Source of the DNA: the human T2T-CHM13v2.0 reference genome, Homo sapiens
NCBI RefSeq assembly: GCF_009914755.1
Contig: NC_060938.1
Length of the DNA: 64,000 nucleotides
Direction: 5' to 3' (one strand)
The notes under the pieces are model-generated. The model was given only the letters and a program-made list of their open reading frames with translations. It ran no database searches and was not told the origin of the DNA. The translations under genes and the position numbers were made by a program. Numbering within the stretch: position 1 is the first letter of the stretch; the number at the start of each line of letters is the position of its first letter. This document shows positions 15,685-26,654 of this stretch, piece after piece.

Positions 15685-16619
15685 TTATTTTTCTTTCTAT
15701 TTTAAAGACAGGTGAGAACTAAACAGGCTTCTAGCAGAAACACATTGAAAGGAAAAGCCTCAAGATGCAAGCGAGCTTGAGAGAACTGACCTAACCATCT
15801 GGTCTGGAGGGCAGAAGTGGAAGGTTAGGTGGGGGATGTCAGCTTCCCACAGTACACTGCTGGCTTCATTACCTCTTGGCAGCCCAGAAGGATAAAAGCA
15901 AAATGAATAATGTAGAAGGGACCCAGGGTGTGGCAGAGGGTCTGCCAGGTTCCTGTCCCTCCTACTGTTTATGCTGCAGCTACGTGTCCATTTGCATTCC
16001 CTCCCAAGGCAGTAAGCAGACAGAGGGAAGGCCAACCCTCTCAAGCAGAGGCACCCACTGTCAGACCTCTGCTTTTGAACAGCATCCACCCACCCCACAC
16101 ATCACAGCAAGAACTGACTACATATGTCACAAAAGGCCTCAGACCCAAAAGACTTGGATTCTAAATAGAACCGTTTAAGGCCCCAAATGACTCCTGAAGT
16201 TGTTAGCACTGATGCTTCAGACGAAGTCCAAGGTTATTAAATCTCATTTAAAGCAATGGTTCTCAAAAATTTTCAATGTAAGGCAAGAGTTCCAAATATT
16301 TCTGGAGTTATAAATTTTATCACAGTAACTTGGATTTCTGTAAAACTTCAAGTTGTTTTAGAAAGTGGGTGGGGAGAGGTGAGGAAAAGAATAGTAGTGC
16401 TAGATTGTTAACATTAGGAACACCACTGCCCTTCCCTAGGGTCCCAATGCTGACGTGAGAAACAATAATCTTAACTCTACTGAACACTTTTCCTCTTCAG
16501 TGCCCAAAACAGATGCCAGTGGGCTGATGTTACAGCTGTCTTGTTCCCCTAAGAACCAAAATGCCATATCTGGAGGGATGAAAAAAGAGGTACTGCTGGA
16601 CTCAACAACTGACATCTGT

Positions 16620-16663
16620 TTTATTTTGTACTAGTTATTTTAGAGAAAATGAAACCATTTATT
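16620..16663 (-). terminator. Poly(A) signals for the intron-3 alternative last exon
   Basis: Two AATAAA hexamers about 375-415 nt after the stop at 17038. Confidence 0.65.
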
Positions 16664-17037
16664 TTCTGAAACCTGTGTAAGCTTTTACACATATGAAGGT
16701 AAAGGGAGGGCCCAGGGCTAAACTGGTGTACATTTCCATGTGAATAAGCCATCTTTTGAAAACCAAAACGAAAGAATATGCACAATAAATTTGGATCCAC
16801 ATTAAACTAGTTCATTCAAAAATGGAACCCCATCAATGCCAGCAAAGGAGGCTGGAAGGTTGTAAGGCCAGAGTCAGCACAGACCCATGGCTCCTTGAAG
16901 GCTTCCTGCTGCCAGGGCCTCCCCAGCCACAGGACCATTTTGCTGATTACCAGGGTAAGGCAGAGCTATCAGCCCTCAAGCAGCTTAATTAAAGCCAGGA
17001 GTAAGACATTTGTGTAAGGGGTCAAAACAATCATTTT

Positions 17038-17157
17038 TTAAATCTTGCATTCTTTTTTCTTGTGCACTTGGTAGCTTGAAATGAAGGTGTGGCATTTCTG
17101 CATCAAACTTTGACGATGAAGGACAGGAGTACACAATTTCCAAAAGAGGAAATAGAG
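17038..17157 (-). CDS. MAX: Alternative last exon in intron 3 (LYFLFWKLCTPVLHRQSLMQKCHTFISSYQVHKKKECKI*, 96-aa isoform lacking helix 2 and zipper)
   Basis: Acceptor TTTATTTACTAG at 17158-17169; in frame after exon 3; TAA at 17038-17040; AATAAA downstream at 16658-16663 and 16620-16625. I recognise this C-terminus as a described MAX isoform. Confidence 0.88.
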   Translation of the reverse strand, partial: LYFLFWKLCTPVLHRQSLMQKCHTFISSYQVHKKKECKI

Positions 17158-17864
17158 CTAGTAAATAAACATGTGGAAAAGCAATTAATTTCACAAGTAA
17201 TAAATAGAATACAAAATTACTAACTTTTGTTTACTGAATTAGTTACCCTCTTCCAAAAAAAAAAATTCCAGTGATAATGAAACTGGTACTCTCAAAACAC
17301 TACCAAAAGACTACTCTTTAGAATTTGCTTGAAAAAAAGAAAGAAATGGAAGAAAGAGGATATAAAAACAATCCTCTTGGAAAGCATTTTGGCAACACAC
17401 GGAAAAAGGTCAGATGCTCGCACCCCTCAACCCAGAAATCCAACTTCTTGGAGTCTATGGAAATGGCTACATATACAGAGATGTCCATATTATAATTATA
17501 AATTTTAAATTTTAAAAATTGAATGCAACCCCAATTGCCCAAAAGAAACATGCCTAATGACTAAACATGAGCACACTGTATGACCTAGCGAAAAAATATA
17601 TTATGTAAAAGCAGCAAGCTATAAATAGTACTTTCCCTGTGGGGAGCATGTAGATGAAGAGACCAGGAAGGAATACACAAATTGATAACACTATATTTCC
17701 TTGCTTGTTAGACTCCATCAATAAATCCATGGATTGAACAATAGCAGCTTTTGGGGAGAAAAAAAGGAGGCAGGTTTCTTTTCACATCCACTTTAAGATG
17801 ATGTCTAATTTTAGTCACATTAAATGGGGCAGGGGGGGTACGGAGAGTCTATTTTTGGATTATA

Positions 17865-18160
17865 CTATCTGATCTGATAGTCACTAGCCACATGTGGCTA
17901 ATAAACACTTGAAATGTGAGTACTCTGAATTGAGATGTGCTGTTAAGTTGAATTTAAAGACTTGGTGAATAAATAATTTTAAATATATTGATTACATGTT
18001 GAGATCATACTTACTTTTGAATATTAGGCTAAATAAATTATATTATTCAAATTTTCACCTGTTTAACTTTTTAATTGGTTCTACTCGAAAATTTAATTGT
18101 ATTTAAGTTATATTTAAAATGCAATTGTGACTCATGCTAAATTTCTGTTGGGCAGCATTT
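17865..18160. mobile_element. MER33/MER3-like hAT-Charlie DNA transposon remnant
   Basis: CACTAGCCACATGTGGCTA...CACTTGAAATGTG...AATTGAGATGTGCTG motif; decayed terminal sequence. Confidence 0.65.
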
Positions 18161-18751
18161 GTCATAGCCAAAGGGAAGGCTGTAGTTGTGTTAGAGGAAG
18201 GAGGGATTCATGTTTTTTCTTCTTCCCATTTTTCTAAAGTTTTTGCAATTTTGTTGGAGAAAACAAAAATGCTAAAGGCAAGGCCTAGTAATCAATCTCT
18301 ATCCTTCCGAATCTCAAGATGCGAAAAATGTTAGGTGAAGAGCTCTCTAGTACTCTTGGGGGAGTGAGACCTCTCTCATTCTGTATGACAGTCTCCCAGA
18401 AGGAATAATTAGATTTCTGCCCTACAGGAGCATACCATTTAATTAGGTGATAAGTTAATCACAGAAATTAGGGAGACTGAGGAGAGGTCCCACAAAAGGC
18501 CACAGAGGTTCAAGGGAGAGTTCTAAGGGAGGGGCAGTATTTGATATTGGCCTCTAAGGCAAGGAGCTGGAGACTGAGGGAAGGGGGGAACTCAGGAAAT
18601 AGAGGACAGGCTGCAGGTAGGCCTTGTGAGCAGGGCTCATCAATATGGAACCCCCAAGTCACCTGGGCAGTGTGGCTGGGGTTGGACCTTGAGAAAAGCA
18701 AAGCACTCAGATAAGCTGAGAATGAAATTCCTGGGCAAACAGAAGAGGGGT

Positions 18752-21047
18752 TGATATGGTTTGGCTGTGTCCCTACCCAAATCTCATCTTGAATTTAACT
18801 CCCACAATTCCCATGTGTCGGGGGAGGAACCTAGTGAGCAGTAATTGAATCATGGGGGTTGGTCTTTCCCATGTTGTTCTTGTGATAGGGAATAAATTTC
18901 GTGAGAGCTGATGGTTTTAAAAACAGCAGTTTCCCTGCACAAGTTCTCTTCGCCTGCTGCCATCCATGTAAAACGTGACTTGCTTCTCCTTGCCTTCCAC
19001 CATGATTGTGAGGCCTCCCCAGCCATATGTAACTGTAAGTCATTAAACCTCTTTCTTTTGTAAATTGCCCAGTCTCAGGTATGTCTTTATCAGCAGCATG
19101 AAAATGGACTAAATGCAGTAAATTGGTACCAGTAGAGTAGGGCACTGCTGAAAAGATACCTGAAAATGTGGAAGCAACTTTGGAACTAGGTAACAGGCAG
19201 AGGTTGGAACAATTTGAAGGGCTCAGAAGAAGACAGAAAAATGTGGGAAAGTTTCAAACTTCCTAAGGACTTGTTGAATGGCTTTGCCCAAAATGCTGAT
19301 AATGATATGGACAATAAAGTCCAGGCTGAGGTGGTCTCAGATGGAGATGAGGAACTTGTTGAGAACTAGAGCAAAGGTGACTCCTGTTACGTTTCAGCAA
19401 AGAGATTGGCAGCATTTTGCCCCTACGCTAGAGATAAGTGGAACTTTGAACTTCACAGAGATGATTTAGGGTATCTGGAGGAAGAAATTTCTAAGCAGCA
19501 AAGCATTCAAGAGGTGACTTGGGTGCTGTAAAAGGCATTCAGTTTTATAAGAGAAGCAGAGCATAAAAGTTCAGAAAATTTGTAGCCTGACAATGTGATA
19601 GAAAAGAAAATCCCATTTTCTGAGAAGAAATTCAAGCCAGCTGCAGAGATTTGCATAAGTAATGAGAAGCCGAATGTTAATCCCCAAGACAATGGGGAAA
19701 ATGTCTCCAGGGCATGTCAGAGATCTTCACAGCAGCTGTTCCCATCACAGACCCAGAGGCCTAGGAGGAAAAACTGGTCTTGTGGGCTGGGCCCAGGGTC
19801 CACAGGTTGTATGCAGCCTAGGGACTTGGTGCCCTGCATCCCGGCCACTCCAGTCGTGGCTGAAAGGGCCCAATGCAGAGCTCAGGTTGCGGCTTCAGAG
19901 GGTGCCAGCCCCAAGCCTTGGCAGCTTCCTCATGGTATTGAGCCTGGGAGTGAACAGAAGTCAAGAATTGGGGTTTGGGAACCTCTGCCTAGATTTCAGA
20001 GGATGGAGTATGGAAACACCTGTATGTCCAGGGAGAAGTTTGCTGAAGGGACAGGGCCCTCATGGAGGACCTCTGCTACGGCAGTGCAGACAGGAAATGT
20101 GGGGTCAGAGCCCCCACACAGTCTCTACTGGGGCCCTCTCTAGTGGAGCTGTGAGAAGAGTGCCACCATCCTGCAGACCCCAGAATGGTAGATCCACTGA
20201 CTGACATCTTGCACTGTGCACCTGGAAAAGCTGCAGACACTCAATGCCAGCCTGTGAAAGCAGCCAGGAAGGAGGCTGTACCTTGCAAAGCCACAAGGGT
20301 AGAGCTATGCAAGACCAAAGGAACCCACCTTTTGTATCAGCATGACCTCTATGTGAGACATGGAGTCAAAGGAGATCATTACAGGGCTTTTAGATTTGAC
20401 TGCCCTGCTGGATTTTGGACTTGCATGAGGCCTGTAGCCCCTTTTTTTGACCGATTTCTCCCATTTGGAATGGCTGTGTTTATCCAATGCCTGTACCCCC
20501 ACTCTATCTAGGAAGTAACTAACTTGCTTTTGATTTTACAGGCTCATAGGCAGAAAGGACTTGTCTTGTCCCAGATGAGACTTTGCACTGTGGACTTCTG
20601 AGTTAATGCTGAAATGAGTTAAGACAAGGCACGATTGGTTTTGAAATGTGAGGACATGAGATTTGGGAGGGGCCAGGAGCAGAATAATATAGTTTGGCTG
20701 TGTCTCCACCCAAATCTCATCTTGAATTGTAATTCCCATGTGTTGTGGCAGGAACTCGGTGGGAGGTAATTGAATCACGGGGACAGGTCTTTCCCATGCT
20801 GTTCTCGTGATAGTGAATAAGTCTTGCAAGATCTGATGGTTTTAAAAACAGGAGTTTCCCTGCACAAGCTCTCTCTCTTTGCCTGCTGCCATCCATGTAA
20901 GACATGACTTGCTCCTCCTTGCCTTCGCCATGATTGTGAGGCTTCCTTCCAGCCACGTGGAACTGTAAGTCCACTAAACCTCCTTCTTTTGTAAATTGCC
21001 CAGTCTCAGGTATGTCTTTATCAGCAGCACGAAAACGGACTAATACA
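18752..21047 (+). mobile_element. Full-length THE1B (ERVL-MaLR) provirus: 5'LTR 18752-19117, internal 19118-20684, 3'LTR 20685-21047; antisense to MAX
   Basis: Two similar ~365-bp LTRs (TGATATGGTTTGGCTGTGTC...ACTAATACA); polypurine tract before the 3'LTR; 5-bp TSD GGGGT/AGGGT. Confidence 0.93.
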
Positions 21048-22611
21048 AGGGTGTATAGTAACTGGAAGGTTAATGTCAGGAAGGAGGCGAAAAAGCAGGT
21101 AGGTAAGCTGGGTATCTTATTTACAGAACATGGAATACCAGTCCTTACCTAAATGGGCAATGAAAAGCCCTTGGAGGTTTTCAGCAGCATGCAAATAATT
21201 TATAAGAAATTAAATGCATTTACAATTGCTGAGCCTGGAGCCTAAGGGAGACTTGGGCAACTATGGGCAACAATTTAAGATGTAGAAACTTTAAAAAGAT
21301 AATTGCCCAAGTTGGAGTCTGACTAGCTAATATAACCTTAATGAGTAATGAGGAGAAGTGGATAGGGCTATAGTTTACATTTCATTTAAACGACAATCCC
21401 TCTAGCAGCTCAGATATGCTATAGACATAGGTTACCGAATGAACTGTCAGCCTTAAACGCATCAACAGGAATGAGCCATCTCCCAAAATAATGTGGCCAG
21501 GTTGATGGGGGATTCCTCCCCTCAGTTAATAAATATTCACTATGCTCCCTACTATGTGCAGGCACTGAGGGAAGAAATATAACCAAAAGGAGACATTCTC
21601 CCTGCCTTCACGGTACTTATTGTAGTGTAGTGCCAGCAGACAGTCATTTAATAATCACACAAATATATATAAAACCTCATATATTAAGTATAATATATAA
21701 ATGTGTGTACATAAAAGTATAAATGCTATGAGAGCCTTTATCCTTAAGAATCATGTTCCCTGCCATAAGGGAACTATTATATTTGGTTTCAACATCTACC
21801 TGTTAAGAAAACCAGATTTTAATGGAAATGAAACTGAGATTAACTCAATGTAAAGCTCTTATCTGATGCTCAGCATGTTATCTCATTATTGTTAATTGTT
21901 AGATGTAATCCTCTTTCCCAACAACAGAGCAAGACCCTCAAGGGTAGACACCATCTATTATGTCTTTTAACCTCTACAGCACTCACAAGGTCTTACTTAT
22001 ATAGTTGAGCACATAATATTGACTGTTGCTGTTTTCTTTAATGGCTGAGCAAGCCTGCTGTTTCCTCTGGCTCTCTCTCTCCACCACAATTTACTAACTG
22101 AGAACCTACTATGTGCCAGAATCTGTGATAGGAACTGACAGAGGCAGTGCCCTCAAATTCTCACCTCAAAATCAAGAAATTCTGTTTTTCTTTATTTTCA
22201 TTTGAAGTTATATTCTCTCTCTCCAACACAGCTCTCCCCATAAGGGAGAAATGCAGAGCTCAACTGCCTGAGAGAGCAATGAGTTTGATAACAACAGGCA
22301 CTGAGGGAGAGACTTAAAAGATGAGAAATTACTATAAACCACTGTAGAGCTACAAATGGCAATGATGAAAATAACCTACTGCTAAAGCCATCCATGATAA
22401 AGAGACAGTGTGGTTGGTTATAATCATTCTGGCTCAGGTACTGGGGCTTATGAGATGGAGGACAGAATTATACTCCCATGTAAAGGCTGGCTATCAGGTC
22501 TTGCTCCCCAACATAAGTATGGTGAGCTTAGTGCCAGTGAACCATTGTGTAACACTCCCTAGTACCCAAGCAAGGACACTTAAATAATACTTTCTATAAA
22601 AGTAGCATCTC

Positions 22612-22614
<3 letters not shown>

Positions 22615-22642
<28 letters not shown>
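22615..22642. repeat. A28 mononucleotide run (T28 on the MAX strand), not attached to an Alu
   Basis: Read directly from the sequence. Confidence 0.95.
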
Positions 22643-22644
<2 letters not shown>

Positions 22645-23349
22645 GGGGAGGGGGCCACAGTTGATCTTGCCCTTACTCCATTACTCTGGTTGGCTGGCTG
22701 ATGATTCTAATTCCATCCTATTGTTCCCAGTGGAACAACAGTGGAACTCCACATACAGTTGAGAAACTGCAAGGAACACAAAAGACTCAAACAACAGAGT
22801 TCGAGGGTCTACTTGCTAACTCTGGGACCTATGGCAAAACCCAAATGAACCACCAACTGTAATGGTCTATTTTCTTGAGCTCAGAGCAACTATGTGAACT
22901 CAGAAAGAAATTATAGGCTTTAAATGATCCTTAATACCCTGCATTTCAGTGTTACCTACATACGCCACCTCAGAGGATAGCATTTCTGTAGTAGCCGTGG
23001 TATGACACACTGCCAAGATTAATAGGCCTATCCAGGGGAAGCTCCCAGGACAATGACAAGATACAAGTATTTAAGCAAGATTTCTTTAAAATATCCTTAA
23101 ACTGCTTACACATATGGTATAGGAAAAAGATGGAACTTGCAACTGGCAATCCTGAGTTCTAGCCCCTGTCCTGTTACAGATGGGATAGTGATCTTGAGCC
23201 TGTTAACAACACTGACAGGAGCAACAGCAGTAATAACTAACTGTCAAATAACAGTACCATACCTTATACAACTGCTGTGTGGATTTAATTTTACATTGCA
23301 ATACAATGTCAATTATTACTGATTTTTTTCCTCAAGAAAAAGGTAATTC

Positions 23350-23641
23350 TTATTTTTTATTTTTTTGAGACAGGGTCTCACTCTGTCATCCAGGCTGGAG
23401 CGGTGCCATCACAGCTCACTGCAGCCTGGACCTCCCAGACTCAAGTGATCCTCCCACCACAGCCTCCCAAGTAGCCAGGACTACAGGTAAGCATCACCAC
23501 GCCCAACTAATTTTTGTATTTTTTGTAGAGATGCAGTTTTGCCTTGTTGCTTAGGTTGGTCTCAAACGCCTGGGTTCAAGCGATCCACCTGCCTGTCTCC
23601 CAAAGTGCTGGTATTACAGGCATCAGCCACCATGCCCAGCC
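23350..23641 (-). mobile_element. AluJ
   Basis: Dimeric Alu consensus with poly-T. Confidence 0.9.
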
Positions 23642-24369
23642 AACCATTTTTTAAAATGTTTAATTTATAGTAGAAATACAGAAAACAAAGGGTAAATAGA
23701 GTTTGGGTCCCACATTTAAAGCTTTCTTTCTTTTTTACACAAGTATCCCCTATTATTGGTTAGGATCCAATTCAATTAACATATTGCTTTCTCTTTAAAA
23801 AACAAAAGGCTTAGGACGCATATGACAGATAATCCAAATGCTAAGGGAGAAGTCAGCTGAAACATAAAGATGCTTAAGTCAAAGGAGACTGGAACACAGA
23901 GAGACCCAAATCAAAGGCTTTCCCTTTAAGAATCTAAGTTTCCCAAAACTCACATGGTAAAATAATCATTTCATGATTATTTACATAATGTCATAACCTT
24001 AATTACCACAATCTAAGAATGAGCCTATTTCCTTTAGTTCAAATACCACACTTAAAAAAACGCCAGGTTTAGTGAGAACTGATAAGTCTAAGGGACCAAA
24101 ATATTCTGTTCGACTCACGGCACCTATGAAACAGCGCTGGCAGCTCGCTTTTTAAAGAGGAAGAGGTTGAGAGCTTATAGACATTTCCTTCATTCACTGT
24201 CAGTAGGACATATTTGGATTATAACACAGGATAGGAGGATTCTGAAATTAGAATGGTATCTAGTAAATTCTCAAATTGGGGTTTTGTTGACTGGCTCTAG
24301 AATCTGGTTCCCCTGGACCACTCCTCTCTCCTAGTCCTGCTACTTTTCTGCCAGCATCTCCTGCCACCA

Positions 24370-25140
24370 TCCCTTCACTCATTCCACTCTACCCACTCTG
24401 GCCTCTGTTTTCCCTGCCTGGCCCAGGAATGCTTACAGGTTCCTGTCTCAGTGCTACCACACTTGCATTCCCTCTGCCTGGAATGCTCATTACCAGACAG
24501 ATGCACTACTCTTTGCTTCACTTTGTTCAAAGCTTTGCTAAAATGTCACCTTGCCAGCAACACTCTTCTTCTCTGCCATAATTAAAATTGCAACTCTTCT
24601 TCTCTGTTTTTCTCCATGGTACTTACCTGACATAATACATATATTTTAAATTCTTACTTCATTTTTTAATCATTTCCTCATCAGAGCAAGAGCTCCTGTT
24701 ATTGTCTGTTTTGTTTACTGCTGTACTCCCAGTATCTAGGATAGTGCCTGGCATGTAGCAGACCCTCAGTAAGTATGTGTTGAATGGCATGAATGAGTAA
24801 ATAAATGAGCCACAACAAATGACAGACTATTCCATTTGTAAGACTACCAAATTCAAACCTTTAACTTCCTTGAAGAAAGAAAGGAGAAAATAGGATTTAG
24901 AATAATGTAATTATAAGGACTTAAGGAAGAATGTTATGGCATTGTAAAATAGGCTGGATAAGGAAAAGGTATAGTTGTGATCCTATGACCCACCTCTCCC
25001 AATGTATTCAAACTTAAGAATGCCTAAGAATCATCTGACTGCTTGTTATAAATACAGATTCCCAGGTTTCCATCCAGAAAGGCTGATTCAGTAGTGAATC
25101 GTATGTGGGTGGTCCGCAACTCACCCCTTGAGAAACACTG
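24370..25140. mobile_element. L2 3' fragment (about 24370-24810) and MER5A-like element (about 24995-25140)
   Basis: CCCTCTGCCTGGAATGCTC and GTGCCTGGCATGTAG...TGAATG (L2 end); GAATCATCTG...CAGATTCCCAGG...TTGAGAAACACTG (MER5). Confidence 0.65.
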
Positions 25141-26546
25141 CCCCAGTGCCACTCCTGGTTAGGTGAGACTTAGGAGAAGGCAGCTCTTTTCCATATAGTT
25201 TACCAAAGCAATTTTAATTGATACTATGGTACAGGAATAAGCACCAACTGTCAACAGGTCAAAGAAGCCTAAGAGATAATCTTTGGCATGTGTTTACTTT
25301 GACTAAAGGGGTGAGTCTGTCTCTAGTCATAAAGATTTCCGTGGTACTTAGTGTTGTACCCAGGAAGGTTGTTATTCCAGGTAAGTACCTTGGTTTAAGG
25401 TCATTAAATCAAGTCCACACTAAGTAGGCTTAACCCATGGCAAATTCTGGTTTTGCAATACCAGGTATGTACATGGCCTGTTTTGTTCTTTATAAAGGTC
25501 AGAACTTCTCCATGTTTACGCCACATGGAAAGCCACACCTTAGATAAAGTATAGAGGCCATAACTTACCAGAGTGACAATATAAAAAATGAAAGCATAAG
25601 GGTTCCAAATTTGATCTTGGATAACCAAACAAATCCAGGACCCCCACCACAGAACTAAATCAAAGTGCACCCAAAAGCAAAGATTGTTCTTAACAGAATA
25701 GTTCCTTCTTTATAAAACACTGGATCACTAAAGCAAAAACACAGGTCCTCTTCCCAGCTTGCCAGTTATTCCAATGAATTGCTACAGACAACTACACTCT
25801 CTGTCAAGGATGGAACTAGCCATGCAGATGTTTTCTCCAAATTCCAGGGAGTGACCCTAACCCATAGGCTTTTACTCAAAGCTTCTAATTTTGTTTTTCA
25901 AATGTAGAAACAGCTGGTGCCTAGCCCTCCAGGGAAAACACTAGGTTCCAGAAGGGAGTGGGGAAGAATGGTTATTTTTTTTCTGTTTCACATGAACATG
26001 TCTCTTCACTCAAGTCTTTTGTCCCACAGCTTAAAATGCTCTTTATACGCCTTGGAAATAACAATTATTGGGGCTGGAAAATCAATGGTGCCCAGGTTGT
26101 TTTTCACATACATTACACACATTTCTGCAAGTGCTCATTTACAATAAAGTATTAACTTTGAACCATAGGAAAGGAATTCTCATGGAGGTCTAGGGTATTA
26201 ATGACCTCTGGAATCTTTACTGTTATCCCAAACGAACTCTTGGCCACTCTTTATACTATAGTGTATAGTTATAATTTCTTGAATTTATTACAAATAATAC
26301 AAATTTTAAAAGATAACTCCTACCATTATCTCACAAATAGCTCCATTATATCTGACATATTTTGTTAAGGATAAACTGGAGTACGTAAGGTGTGCAGTGA
26401 TCCTCCAAACAGTCAAAAATAAGGCAACCATGCTACCTGAATATCTCTGACTACATTTCCTTCCCAATAGGTGAGTGCTCTGCTAAGCTCTGCAACAAGT
26501 TCCAAGCTAGTAGTGGCCAGCTACTCAGCTTTCTCAGGAAACTCAC

Positions 26547-26654
26547 CTTCTCTCCTTGGAGTGATGGGACTGAGTCCCGCAAACTGTGAAAGCTGTCTTT
26601 GATGTGGTCCCTACGTTTTCGTTCCAGTGCATTATGATGAGCCCGTTTGTCAGC
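26547..26654 (-). CDS. MAX: MAX exon 3, basic region, helix 1 and loop ([36 protein letters not shown])
   Basis: Manual translation of 108 nt; TAG acceptor at 26655-26657; AAG/GTGAGT donor at 26546. Confidence 0.99.

Noticed and set aside
19595-20511. ORFs of 182, 180 and 108 aa in intron 3
   Set aside because: They lie in the THE1 internal region as overlapping, broken remnants of the MaLR ORF, with no intact protein evident.
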